A stretch of DNA of 61,601 nt from Octopus sinensis (lineage: Eukaryota): the NCBI RefSeq assembly GCF_006345805.1, contig NW_021833886.1:1-61601 (forward strand). Direction: 5' to 3'. The notes below the pieces were generated by a model that had not been told where the DNA came from, ran no database searches, and saw only the letters and a program-made list of their open reading frames with translations. Position numbers and translations under genes: made by a program. Positions 26,743 to 39,036 of the stretch are shown here, piece after piece. Position 1 is the stretch's first letter. Every line of letters starts with the position of its first letter.

Positions 26743-28079
26743 CAGGGTTTCCTAAATTTTTTGTTTCGTGACACCCTTTTTTTCACCAAGACCACGCTAA
26801 AAACCGAACAAACGTCACGTGATCCCGATGCACTCAACCAGGGACCTCATCCTCGCTCGGTGATCCTTCACGAGCCCACACAAGATCGCACTGGGCGGCA
26901 GGCTGTTTTTGGCGGAGCATTGGCTGACGGGCCCAGGTTCAGCTTGATGAGGTCTTCCAGAGAAGCTGGAACCGGCCGTTGGCTATCATGTGACCAACGA
27001 TCGGTTAATCTGAGGGCCCTTTGTTGGGCCTCCTCGATTCGCCTCCTGTTGGACCACGATAGCCGCGAACCCCATGATCCGCAAGCGTAGGCAATACAAG
27101 GTTCGAAGTACTTGCGGTAGATATTCGGCAGTACCGGGTGCGACCCGTTTTTCCATATTCCGGATAGAGTTCGTAGTATGTTCAATTTTTGTTCGCATTT
27201 GCGAAGGAGGTTGTCCGCATGTGGGGAGAAACAGAGGTGCATGTCGAGGGTTACCCCTAGGACCGTCTGACTCCTGCAGAAGGGTACGGATATATTATTC
27301 AGCTTTAAGTCGACTGACGTCCTTCCCAATCTTTAAAGAGCATCTTTAAAGAGCATGGAAAATGCAGATTCACATAAAATGGTAAGAGAGCATAGACAGA
27401 CTGGTCTGACGATGATGGATACTGATTTTGTATTTACTCAAAAAATGAACAATGCTTCAATTCTAAATCTAAAAATTGTTTAACTTTTTTACCAATTCTT
27501 TCAATCCGTGATCTGTTGACATTTCAAAAATTTGTTGATATTCAGCAGAAGAAATATTTTCCAATTTATTGATCATTATGAAAGGATTCTTAATCTAATC
27601 ATTATTCACTTTTTTGCCTGGAAAATATTTTTTTAATTCACTTTTAATTGCTCCAAATGATCTACTAGTTCACAAATGAAAGTTTAGAAGAAACAAGATA
27701 AGCGTTACACAATATTTTGTGACAAAACATACATTCGGCTTTCGATAAAGCATATTTATCACAGCACTTTGCAAATCCATATAAAGGATATTCGTCCAGC
27801 TATTTTCGTTTCTTTATCTTTAATTTTTATACAGACAATGATCGTCTTTTGAGTTATTTCAATAAAACGTTTTGTTGTTCATTAACTCGAATATAATAAA
27901 TCTACAAAAAAATACTAAAAAATAACAATAACACTATAGATGTCCACACGGAACGTTATTTGTTGAAAATCTATTTATTTGGTCTAACTAAAATAAATTT
28001 ACTTAAATAATAAAATAATTTTTTGAATTTTCGCGTCACCCCTAGTACTAGCCCGTGGTATTCACTTTGAGACACGCCG
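26743..28079. mobile_element. Non-autonomous hAT (Buster-type) element with an internal LINE fragment
   Basis: Ends CAGGGTTTCCTAAA / TTTGAGACACGCCG with identical 8-bp TSD ATTTAGAG (26735-26742, 28080-28087); minus-strand transposase C-terminal remnant NPF...ENISSAEYQQIFEMSTDHGLK near 27380-27640. Confidence 0.85.
26805..27335 (-). mobile_element. LINE (Jockey/I-like) RT C-terminal fragment nested in the hAT element
   Basis: VLGVTLDMHLCFSPHADNLLRKCEQKLNILRTLSG...IYRKYFEPCIAYACGSWG...IEEAQQRALR. Confidence 0.8.
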
Positions 28080-28707
28080 ATTTAGAGGTGTAAATAAACG
28101 TGCAATTAAATAAGCCAGTCACCACAAAAAATTTAATTTGTTTAAAACCGAGCATCTTGTTGAGTTTTATATCGCTTACCATGCTCAAAAAGTGATTAAA
28201 ATCGTAGGAGACTATGCATGGACAGGCTACTGCGTAGCAGAGAAGACGTCGTTTTTGTCTAAATGGAACACCTAGTTTTCCCAGACTGTTTTGATCATGT
28301 TCCGCTGACCTAAAAGTCTCTCTGGGCTGTCAAAGAATAATTAATTAGTGAGAATCAAAGATGTTGGAAAATCAAAAATGATTTTCTAGCGGTCTCTAGA
28401 ATCTAGAAATGAATATAGAATTTGATTTCGTGAGATTTTTGATTAGAAATTAATTCTCAGTTCATAAATATTTATAGTTGATCTGACCACAAATCAATTA
28501 ATAGATAAATAAATCAGTTTAATTTTAAGAAACCAAAAAGAATCTAGTTAAACTAATTTGGAAAATTCAACATTCGGTATTCTAGAATTCAAAATTTTTG
28601 GTCATTATATTAACATAAAATTTACTTACTCATCTCGTATAGAAGCAATGTTTCGAGTATTTCTGTCAACCTATAATCAGTAATAATAAAATAAATTTCG
28701 ATTTTGC

Positions 28708-29070
28708 CATTAATTGATGTCTCTAAAACCAAAATTTGATCCTAAAGTTATTCAATAAATTAATATTATTTTTCAGATTCAATGTTTGGTGTGGAAGATA
28801 TATTTAACTTTAAAGTAAGTCTCGGGCGAAATCTAAGCGGGCATTTATCTAAAATTTATGATTGTAATTGGTCAATATTTGAAAAGTATTAAAAACACTA
28901 ATAAATATAAAAATTAACTCATATCAGTAGCTCAAGATGGGAGTATTATAATATGGGATACGAAGCGGATCACAATTTGGGACGCTGAGGGATTGAAATA
29001 TGATAAAAATTATTTTATTTTTTACACATTAAAAATTCAACTTTGAGAATTTTAATAGGTTACCGTACAT
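28708..29070 (+). pseudogene. Internally deleted duplicate of the G-beta gene
   Basis: High identity to 52807-53075 (exons 1-3 and introns), 16-nt frameshifting deletion in exon 2, then a jump at TGGGAT to sequence resembling the gene end and 3' flank (53941-54070). Confidence 0.85.
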
Positions 29071-29444
29071 CCGTCTTGACTCGTCTTGACTTCTGTGTCT
29101 AATTGTTAGTTATGGTATTTCCAATGTCAGCAAAAAAAATAGCGCCAAGACCACCAATACGCTACAATTCCTGACAATCTTTAGCACATTTGGGTTATTT
29201 GTAACAGTCGCAACCAAATGTTAAAGGCACCGTATTTTTTGACTAAAAATCCATATTTGTGGCAAAATTTCAAAAAGTCTAAAAAATAAAATAATTTTTT
29301 AACTAAGATCGATAAGTTTGCAACAATTATAAAAACGTCGATGAAATATTTCTGGCAATTTAAAAATAGAAAAAACAATCCGTCCATATATTGGAGGGAC
29401 CTTTTTAAAAAACGCAAAAAATAAATCTAATTTTATTTAATAGG

Positions 29445-29860
29445 TCAATATTTCGAAGTTCCGCCTTAATTCCTTACTACTAAATAAATTCTTTCCGGAA
29501 TGAATTCAAAAAGTCATACAATGACGTCTTTTTCGATGTTATTCCATGCATTTTTTATCTCACTCCATAATCTCTGATTTGAGGACGCAATGACGTTTCT
29601 CATTCTATTTTTTAAACCCAATTTTTTCAAGGGGCATTCTGAGGGTTGGCCAATTTTATGCCTGGGTGATGGATCATCATGTGAGTCAAGTACATGTGTG
29701 TTGTTTATTTTAATCAAAATCCAAAAAATATATTTTTTAATTTTTTTGGTGAGAAGGTTTTAAGGACCTCATCATCGACGATATTCTTGATATGTAAGTT
29801 TTTTGGGTAGAAGATTTTTGAAGGACATTATCATTTTAGACTTGTTACCCATTATTGCCG
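29445..29860 (-). pseudogene. Tc1/IS630-like transposase remnant (duplicate of 55570-56230 with a central deletion)
   Basis: MRNVIASSNQRLWSEIKNAWNNIEKDVIV...GGT C-terminus; colinear with 55230-56232. Confidence 0.6.
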
Positions 29861-30028
29861 AATTATAAGAGGGAAGGATTTTTAGATTTTATCAGTAGTT
29901 TGCCAACTTGAAGTTGGTGTGCACACACAGACAGACACCATACCATTTTATTATTAAGAAGAAAAAGAGGATTAATCAAAATCAAAAAACATAATTATTA
30001 GTGAGGTTAATTAGATTAAGGAGATTCA

Positions 30029-30558
30029 TTATAATCGAATATTGACACCAATTTTGTTTTCTGAATTCATAATATTCCAGATAGTCCTAAACGCAATTCT
30101 GGCGCCTCCGACCATTACATCGCTGTCGAAAAACTTCCAAGTAAGATGTAGATGCATCGACTATATGATAAATATATCAAAAATACTATTGTAGGTATTT
30201 TGGGAAGTATCTTTTTATAAGTAAAAGAGATTTTATCTCCTTTCACAGGTGGACAATTTCCCAAAACATAATCACATGCATTGGAAATTGTAAAAATAGG
30301 AATGTGCGTTTTCATGACTGCTTTCGCTTTAAAATTGCTGATTGGCTCGGCTATAAATAAAATCGTATCTATACATATTGTTAGATTTATTTGTATCTCA
30401 AATTCTTTGCCTGCATATACAATACATGAAGTCATGTTACAATTTTTCACATCAATGCCTGTTATTTGTATTTTTGCCAAATCCCCGTAATATTTTTCAA
30501 ATGGTATTAGATCGCAAGTCACATTAGACAAAATAAAAATAAAAATTGTTATTATCAT
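30029..30558 (-). CDS. NPC2-like / ML (MD-2-related lipid-recognition) domain secreted protein, 159 aa, 2 introns
   Basis: Signal peptide MIITIFIFILSNVTC; C-x4-C (CNMTSC), NACDYVLGNCPPVKGDKISFTYKKILP, LTWKFFDSD; introns 30351-30374 (24 nt) and 30161-30186 (26 nt) give a 480-nt ORF. Confidence 0.8.
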
Positions 30559-30744
30559 ATTTAATCACAGACGCTAACCTAATTATTTTAATGTTAATTT
30601 AATCAAACAAATTTTATTATTAAAAAACTAAAAAAAATTCTTTTAATTAAAAATTTTTTACTTGGAATCCGAGGGAAAATGAACAAAGCTGAAACTTAAA
30701 AGAATTAAAGAAAGGGAGCCACCTGGAGTGGAGCATGCGACATA

Positions 30745-32384
30745 CAGTGGGGCAAAAAAGTCATGGCACCTTTGCAAATTTTGACTAAATTTAACAATTC
30801 TTTGCAAAAAAATTATTAAATACATTACTTTAAAAAATAAATTAGTAATATAGAACTTTTTAGATAAATTATTAAAAAAACTATCTTAAAGGGAATTATT
30901 AATAGTGCACTAATTAACGATTTATTTTTAAAAGTCAATTTTTTGAGAGAAAAAAGTAATGGCACGAAATCCAATTAATATTTAGTTGCATTCCCTTTTG
31001 CTAGCAGAACTGCTTCCAATCGTTTTTTTAAGAAAAAATTAGTTTTTGACATTCTACTTTAGAAATATTTTTCTATTCTTCGTAGCAAATTGTTTTTAAT
31101 TCCTGGATATTTTTTGGTTTTCTTAAGCCAACTTTTATTTTTAATATTTTCCATAAGTTTTCGATGGGATTCAGGTCTGGCGATTGACTTGGCCATTCCA
31201 AAACATTTATTTTGTTTTTTTCTAACCATTTAACGGTTACTTTTGACTTGTGCTTAGGATCGTTGTCATGCTGGAATGTCCAATGTTGTGTCAAATTTAA
31301 GTTCGCGACCGAAGGTAAAAGACATTTTTCCAAAATTTCGCAATATTTAAGAGAATTCATCATTCCATCAATTACAAATAGTTCACCAACACCTGTTGAT
31401 GAAAAACAACCTTACAACATGATACTACCTCCCCCGTGCTTTACGGTAGGTACGGTGCATTTTGGGATATACGCCTGATTTGATTTGCCCCAAATTGAAA
31501 GCGTGTAGTTCAGTCCGAAAAGTTGTATTTTGATTCGTCCGACCACAAAATATTGTTTATGAATTCATTTTCTTTGTTCAAAAGATTTTTTGCATATTGG
31601 ATTCACGCTGAAAGGTGTATTTTCTTTAATAACGGAACTCGACGGGGCCTTCGCTTATTGATACCTTCTTTGCGTAGTGTAGAAGTGATTGTACGAAGGG
31701 ACACTGACGTTCCTGTGATTTTTAAATTATCGGCCAATTCTTTTCGAGTTATTTTTGGGTTTGAAGTAACTAATTTTTTCATTAATGAAGAAGAACGCAG
31801 AGATATCTTTTTTGGAGCACCCGATCTTGGTTTATTAATAACAGTTCCGCGTTGCTTCCATCGAGTAATAATATTTCGAACAGTACTTTTTGGTAATATC
31901 AACAATTTAGAAATCTCTCCATAACTTTTACCGTTTTGCTGGGCAGTTACAACTCGTTGTTTTAGGTCTAAAGAATGCTCTTTCCTCATCGACGAGATAA
32001 TTTTAATAAAAGGCGAAAAATAAAAGTATATTTATACTAATCGGAATCTACTAATCAATTATATTAATAGAACTAAGAATCAATTATTTCAAAGAAAAAA
32101 CAAGGCACCAAAAGATAATCATTTGTATTTTATTGTCAAAAAAATCCATATTTTTTGATAGTGTCATCACTTTTTTACACATCAAATTTGACGTTTTTCT
32201 AAATATGAAGCAAAAACAATTATATTTATTTGAAATTCATGAATATAATTAGCACGAAATGGGTTCAAAAGAATGCAAGATTTTATTGTGTAGCATGATG
32301 AACTAAATCGAAAAAGTTATCATTGTAAAAATATATTGAATTACAAAAAAATGATAGGTGTGCCATGACTTATTTGCTCCACTG
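30745..32384 (-). mobile_element. Tc1-family (IR/DR-type) transposon, transposase inactivated
   Basis: TIR CAGTGGGGCAAAAAAGTCATGGCAC with inverse at 32360-32384, TA flanks, inner repeats near 30950 and 32160; HTH ORF 31603-31989 and DDE ORF 31073-31363 (FQHDNDPKH...SPDLNPIENLW) separated by a stop and frameshifts. Confidence 0.93.
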
Positions 32385-32482
32385 TATCGTTAATAGATAC
32401 CGAATCCTTGTTCATAGTGTCTGTAATCAAATTTTAGTTTATATTAATTGTTAATATTTTTGAAAAATCTAAATGCTTCATA

Positions 32483-33985
32483 CACCCCTCGACAAAAAAT
32501 TTGGTTGTTTAATCTTTCCTGCTTTTTTTCATTTAAAAACGAATAAATTCATACTTTAAGATCCTTTAGATCTTCTAAAATAATATTTATTTTGTATTTA
32601 TAATTAAAATAGATTTAAATTTTAATATTGCAAGAAATTTAAAGCATGTCGGCAATTAGGTTAGTGACAAAAATTGGTTATAAAATTTAAACCGTCAAAT
32701 TATGCTAGTATTTAGAGATTGATCTTAATAAAAAAATATTTTTAGATATAATACTCTCGATTCGTTTATGAAAGGGAAAATAATTGCGCTATACGACTTA
32801 AATATGTCATATATTAAAATTTCTAAAGAAACCGGTGTTCCATATTCAACAGTCGTAAATTTTATCAAGAAATACAATAAAACTGGATCATATGACCGCC
32901 AACATGGTTCTGGAAGACTATCAATTTTGAATAATGTGCAAATTAATCATTTGGTACGCACATCAGAGGAAAATTCATCTTTAACTGCTTCTGAACTCTC
33001 TAATGAAATAGAAAAGTTTTCTGGAACACGTGTCTCGTCTCGAACCATAATACGAAATTTAAATAAAAATGGAATTTTCGGAAGAATTGCAAAGAAAAAA
33101 CCACTTCTAACAAAAAAACACATGGTTTCCAGATTCGAGATCGTCCAAAAATTTCTTCAAATTTCAGACCATGATTTTAGATCAATAATCTTTTCTGATG
33201 AATGTATTTTTGAATTATTACCGATCCAAAAAAGAAAAATTGTGTATAGAAAAAAATTTGAAATGAATAAATTCGAAAATATTACTCCAACTGTCAAATT
33301 TGGAAAAGGTAAATTATGATGTAATAAAAAATTAGGGAAAGTCATGGGGTGGGGTTGTTTTTCCTATCATGGGGTAGGCGATTTGGTATTTATAGACAAA
33401 ACGCTTAATTCTGCAAAATATCAATCTATTTTGACCAATAATTTGCCATTTTCTGTACAAAAAATGGGGATTGTTGACTATATTTTTCAACAAGACAACG
33501 CTCCCTGCCATACATCAAAAATGATTATTCAATATTTTCGCGAAAAAAATATTAAAAAATTAGAATGGCCTTCGCAATCTCCGGATTTAAATCCGATAGA
33601 GCATTTGTGGGCTTATATGAAGGTTCAAATTAGGCAAAGAAAAAATGAGAACATTCAGGCACTGAAGGAAAATCTATTAGATATTTGGAATTCTATTCCA
33701 TCAAAAACACTTGAAAAATTAGTTGAGTCAATGAAAAAAAGGTGTTGGGAGATCTATTCGGCAAAAGGAGGTTATTCTACATATTAATCTAACAATAACC
33801 AAATTTTATGCCAATGAAAGTCGTTGTTTTTTCCAAATTTCTTAGACAAAATTTCAAAATTTAAATAATTAAATTAATTTTTATCAATTTTATCAGATTT
33901 TAAAATATATCTGAAGAAAAAATTAAATCATTCTTTGTATGAATGAAGTAAGTTGAAGATTCACCAATATTTATGTCGAGGGGTG
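32483..33985 (+). mobile_element. Tc1-family transposon, apparently intact
   Basis: TIRs CACCCCTCGACA..AAAT / ATTTATGTCGAGGGGTG with TA flanks; spliced transposase ORF uninterrupted. Confidence 0.95.
32768..33787 (+). CDS. Tc1 DD34E transposase, 330 aa after removing a 27-nt intron (33309-33335)
   Basis: Splicing restores TVKFGKGKVMGWGCFS; triad IIFSDE, FQQDNAPCH, SPDLNPIE with 34 residues between the second D and E; C-terminal KGGYSTY. Confidence 0.93.
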
Positions 33986-34287
33986 TAATTTATGAAAATG
34001 TCAAAACAAGAATCTTCTGAAGGAGCAAGCCTGTCTGCACAGTTCATTTGTTTTTTTGATGATTAGAAGACCTAATTTTAGAGATTGAAACCGGAAATAA
34101 CAATGAGATCTGTCAAATTATTACCCCCCTCACAACCTAAACCAAATTAGCGTTCAGTATTCATTGATTTTACTTTTTCTATTAAGGTCTACTTATAAAT
34201 TATTTTATGGAATTCAATGGAAAACTTAAATTATTTCAATTTTAATTTTAAATCATGTTAAAATTTTAAATCATGTTAAAATCTCAA

Positions 34288-35767
34288 TTAAGTCGTCTTC
34301 TTAATTCTCTTCATGTGTGTTTTTATTGTCTTTCCATCTTGCATTTCGACCTCTACAACATTGTGTGCGAATATTTTTGTTATTGTTCCTTCTTCGCTAT
34401 AAATACTTTCAAATTTCTTCAACGATAGTGCTAGGTTGGTCCCATAATCTTTAAGAATCTTTTATAAATATATTTTTTTACTTTACCTTGTTGCCCAATT
34501 CAAAAGCATATTTTGATTGATGTACTCTCATTTTTCGATTCATTTTTCTGTAATATAATGAATTCAAATTTGTCGGAGGAAAATTAAATTTGAATTCATT
34601 TCCATCTATAAAATAAATAATGAGAAAATAACCTTTTATATAATGGTTTCCTTCTTTTGCAGTATCACTTTCTTCAATAATTTCGCTCTCAGTTTCTTCT
34701 TCACAAACATCAACATGCATAATTAATGGATTTCTTTGTTCTCCAGTCTCACTTTCCTCAGTAATGTTTTTTCTAAGTATAGAAACAGTTTCTTCTTCAA
34801 AGACATCATCATGAATAATTAATGGGTTAGATCCTTTAATATCGCGGTATCTATGAAATGGAGTATCACCTAAAAAGTTTGAGAATGTGACAATTTAACC
34901 TGTAGAAGAATGTTTGGTTAAATTGTAGAAATATACTGCCTCTTTAATATGCTTTGTCCAACATTTTTCTGAAGATTCCGACATCATTTTAGATAAGCTT
35001 CTCGTAATCGTTTGATTGAACCGTTCAACAATTCCATGACTCCTGGGGTTATTTGGTCGGCTATGTATTTGCTGAATTTGGAATTTTTGACAAATCTCCC
35101 GTATGTAAGAATTTTTAAACTCTGTCCCATTATCCGATTGAAGATATTTGCATGGTCCGTTTTCAAAAAATAAATCTTTAAGTTGTTCCGCAACTTCTTT
35201 CCCACTCTTATTCCGCAAATTCCTTGTGTAGGCATACTTAGAATAAACGTCGATAATTGTGAGTAACCATGAATATGACTCATTACTTTGTTTGAATCTG
35301 ATAAAAATAAATTTTAAAATTTTCTACCTCCTTAGATCTATCAAATCTATCTGATATCTTTCATTTGGAAGATTTGCAACAATATGATTTTGCTCATCGC
35401 CAACTTTTAATGGTGTGGAAAAACGGCACACTTCACAATCTGACACTACTTTCCGAATAATTTCCCTTTTTATTCCGAAGTAACTGCGCATGCAATGGTA
35501 TTCTAAGCTATTGTGTCCACAATGCGATATGTTGTGGATCTGCTTCGCGACCAAATCCATCTCTTGAGTGTTGTCTTTGGAAATAACCAGCTTATGATCT
35601 CCACACGGTTGTCTCAGATAAAGTCGTCCATTAATAAGAATAAATTTTTCCGCCTTCTTTCTCAACCGGTAATTACGGTGTCTAGATTTATGAGAACAGG
35701 TTTAAGAATCCAAAATTCGACACAAAATGTCGTATTCTTCGGAATTTTTGATGAATGAACGAGACAT
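34288..35767 (-). mobile_element. Ginger/GIN-like (KRBA2/SCAND3-type) integrase gene, 454 codons, 4 tiny introns, one in-frame TAA
   Basis: HHCC zinc finger (IHNISHCG...CEVC), core QIDLIDL / LQSDNGTEF / GIVERFNQT, HSSTGDTPF; introns 35298-35327, 34870-34899, 34606-34632, 34459-34486 give a continuous 1365-nt frame except TAA at 35702-35704; no RT, gag, LTR or TIR found. Confidence 0.85.
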
Positions 35768-35824
35768 TAACAAGATAAATATTACACGCTTATTTTCTTT
35801 ATTCATTCTTGGATGAAGTATGTA

Positions 35825-37738
35825 CAGTATAACCTCCATTTGGGGCATCAATTTTGAAAAATTGCCCCAAAAATAGAGGTTTCCCCAAAAATGGAGGTCT
35901 GAAATTTTCTTTATTTTTATAAAAATTTTAATAGTTTTAGCATATTTTTCATTAATTTATAAATAAATAAAGTATTTTTAAGAACATTTAAACATGTTTT
36001 CCACTAATTTTATTGATAATTAGAGTATTTTTCAAGTAGAAAAAAATTTTTATTCTATTACACGAAAATAATCTGTTATTTTGTTTCCTGTTGCAGATTT
36101 CTTCATATGTATGCCCAATATTTTTCTGAAATTGTAATAGTCTTTTAACGCATCGGGAAACAAACGGTGAATATTCTCTTCAAGGTTATTCATTGCTGTT
36201 ATCGTGTCCAAGTGTGAACAGTTGCATTCAGTTTGGTCATATATTGACTCATCATTATTTTCTTCTTCATTTTCAGCAATTACGTCTGCAATTATCGTGT
36301 CCAAATTTTCTTTCTCACTGTTAACTAAAAAATTTGAACTAGGAATCTGTTGCCGATAGTTATTAATTGTTTCCCAACAATTCGTTATTGTTTCAGGATT
36401 TAAATTTTGCCATGTTTTTCCAACAATTATTATGACATGACGAAGATTTATTTTTTTAAATTAACAATTTGTAACTCAACGTCCTCAAAATAAAGAGTAA
36501 AATCCAATAAAGCGTTAAGATAATTGGACTTGAAAGATTTAATAATACCCATGTCTAACGGTTGAATTAATGAGGTTGTATTTTTTGGGAGAAAAAACAA
36601 TTCAATGTTGGAAAGATGGATATATTTGTGACAGCTTGCGTTATCAAGTAACAAAACAATTTTTCTCTTTTGCGTAATCATTTGTTCATTTGTAATGGTG
36701 AGCCATGTAATAAATATTTCTGATGTCATCCAACTGTTTTTAGATGATGAATATGAAACTCCATGTTCTTCAGGGTTAAAGTTTTTCATACAACGTGGGG
36801 ATTTATATTTTCCTACTAACAATGGCTTCAATTTTTCGCCACAAGCACTGACCGACAAAAGAATAGTAAATTTTTCTTTACTCCTTTTAATTCCGAAACA
36901 ATCTTCATCCGAACTTACAAATGATTTTGAAGGTATCCTTTTAATATATAACCCAGTTTCGTCGCAATTAAAAATATTTTGAAGACCATATTCTTTTACG
37001 TATTCATCATACTTGGAAAAAAACATATCAAGCGAAGAAACATCGGAAGAATTTTTCTCTCCACTAATTGTCTTAAATGACAACATATGTCTTTTCTTAA
37101 ATTTTTCCAACCAGCCATTGGACCCTTTGAACGCCGAATAATTCAACATCCTTGCTACTTTGGAAGCAATATTTTTTAAAAGAGGACCGGACACAGGAAT
37201 AAATTCTTCCCTTGTCTTGGTGAAAGCCTCAAAAACAATTTTATCCAATTTTTGGGATAAAGTATGAGGAGAGCGTTGAATATTTCTGGGAAAATCTGTT
37301 TGAACAGCCCCAGTATTAAAAAAATTGAGATAATTTTTTTTAATACGTGACACAGCGCCTAAAAACTTACATTAATAAAAAACCTTTACTAATTTTGTAC
37401 TTATCTACAATATCTCGTTCAGTAAGATGTTTATTTTCACTTAATTCCTTGGCAATTTTGATCTTTAACTCAAGACTAAGCTTACGAGCCATAACAACAA
37501 GAATACAAAAATTACACGAGGCTTCCAAATGAAATTTTATATAATTAATTTTAATTTTAATAGCAAATATGTATATAAATTAAAAATCCTGTGCCCCACT
37601 TAGAGGTTCCGGTAATTTCTAAATTTGGAAATTACCGCATAAAAATTATATCCTTTTCAAACTACCCCAAAAATAGAGGTTTCCCCAAAAATAGAGGTTC
37701 CCCAAGCCAGAGGTCTGCCCCAAATGGAGGTTATACTG
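35825..37738 (-). mobile_element. pogo/Tigger transposon, near-intact transposase (ATG 37492 to stop 36050) with a 25-nt intron and one 1-nt frameshift
   Basis: TIRs CAGTATAACCTCCATTTGGGGCA and inverse, TA flanks; intron 37359-37383 joins MARKLSLELKIKIAK...ISKG to AVSRIKK; motifs FKGSNGWLEKFKKRH, NCDETGLY, LLLDNASCH, QPLDMGII; frame break in an A7 run near 36450. Confidence 0.93.
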
Positions 37739-37759
37739 TAATTCACAAATTGAAAAATA

Positions 37760-38182
37760 GTCAGTTCTTTGTAACTAATTATCGGCGGAGGATAAGATGG
37801 AATGGCAATTCCCACGCAAAATGGCTATTGATATGCGTTGAAAAAGCCATGTCCGTTCTCGATGATCGTTTTTCCTTCTACTTGCCAGATCCCCCAATTT
37901 AATGAGAAATTTTTTAGTCCTGGGACCGAGGACACCCGACGTCTCCGCTGCGACCGGGGCGAGAATATAACGGTGCGATAAGGCGCCGTATTTTTTGATC
38001 TTCAGCGTTTCTGCCAGGTTAGCTGCGGAGCCCGGCTCTGAAGCTGACGTCAAGATGTTCCCGGCGGAGAAGGTATCCGTACAAGTAGCGTCCCAGATGA
38101 GAGACTTGCCATTTTCAAAGGGGAAGGTCGTTAGACCATCAGGACGTTTACCATCCTCCCGAGCTAACCCGACCGGTTCCAA
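37760..38182 (-). mobile_element. CRE-clade retrotransposon 3' fragment (restriction-like endonuclease domain)
   Basis: Open frame EPVGLAREDGKRPDG...WDATCTDT...KIKKY...VAAETSGVLG...LFQRISIAILRGN. Confidence 0.9.
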
Positions 38183-38239
38183 CTGTGAAGGGAATCCGGC
38201 AGTTAATTAATCTCGGTGTGGTATTACGTAATGCATGCA

Positions 38240-39036
38240 TGCTACCAGGCCTTTGCTTTATTTTGATATTTGAATATCAGAATAAGATTCCAATTGTTTT
38301 GCAATTGCAGATGAAGAGATTCTTAAATTTTTTTAGCAGAACGTCCGATCAGACGGATAGATCTGATAGATAACTTCTTCGGTCTCCCTCTTTCTCCATT
38401 TAAAATGCCGTTTATTCCGTTTTTTCGGTATTTTTGTACAATCTTAGCAACGGTGTTCTTGCTAATCTCAAGTTTCTTGGCAATTTTTTTGTATCCATAG
38501 TTGTACTCGTGTAAGGAAATAATACGATTTTTAATATCTGAAGAGAGATCAACATCACGAAAGTTCATGTTAATTATTTTGATAATAAGATAATTATTTA
38601 GTTAAATAATTACTTTAAGATAATAAAAAAACATAAACTAATAATAATAATATTTTTGTATATTAAATAAAACTTTATTAGGTAATTTTAAGGCACAATA
38701 GATGTTGAATTTGTTAACAGTGTACTATTTATGGACCATTAATTTAATCAAACAAATTTTATTATTAAAAAACTAAAAAATTCTTTTAATTAAAAAATTT
38801 TTTACAAAAATACATTCTGTATCGACACTGGTGTGGTTTGGTGCGAGCATTCATTAATTTTTTTTCTTTAATTTTTTTTTAATTTTTTTAATTTTGATTT
38901 TCTACAAAATGAAAAATTCATTAAACTTTAAAATAGATATAATTTACAAAAAAATAATTAAATAAATGTATTATTCTAACAGATATAAAATTTTTTCGAC
39001 AAAAAAACAAGGGGTGTAATATCTTTGGACCATACT
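38240..39036 (-). mobile_element. Truncated Tc1 element (one TIR plus N-terminal HTH)
   Basis: Terminus CAGTATGGTCCAAAGATATTACACCCC (minus, from 39036) next to TA; ORF DLSSDIKNRIISLHEYNYGYKKIAKKLEISKNTVAKIVQKY...GRPKKLS. Confidence 0.85.

Noticed and set aside
14538-27349. Numerous plus-strand ORFs over the dynein gene
   Set aside because: Antisense shadows of GC-richer coding DNA with no recognisable domains.
13225-28079. Composite hAT transposon carrying DNAH6
   Set aside because: The hAT ends on either side belong to elements extending away from the gene, and their flanking 8-mers differ (ATCTAGGG vs ATTTAGAG).
28200-28340. U6-like CAGAGAAGA motif and GCTAC-TGC-GTAGC hairpin in a GC-richer patch
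   Set aside because: The rest of the U6 consensus (AUUAGC, 5' stem-loop) is absent; function cannot be supported.
31603-35704. Stop-codon reassignment suggested by in-frame TGA (31603) and TAA (35702)
   Set aside because: Both lie in transposon copies; spliced host genes (G-beta, NPC2) have no internal stops and use TGA/TAA as terminators.
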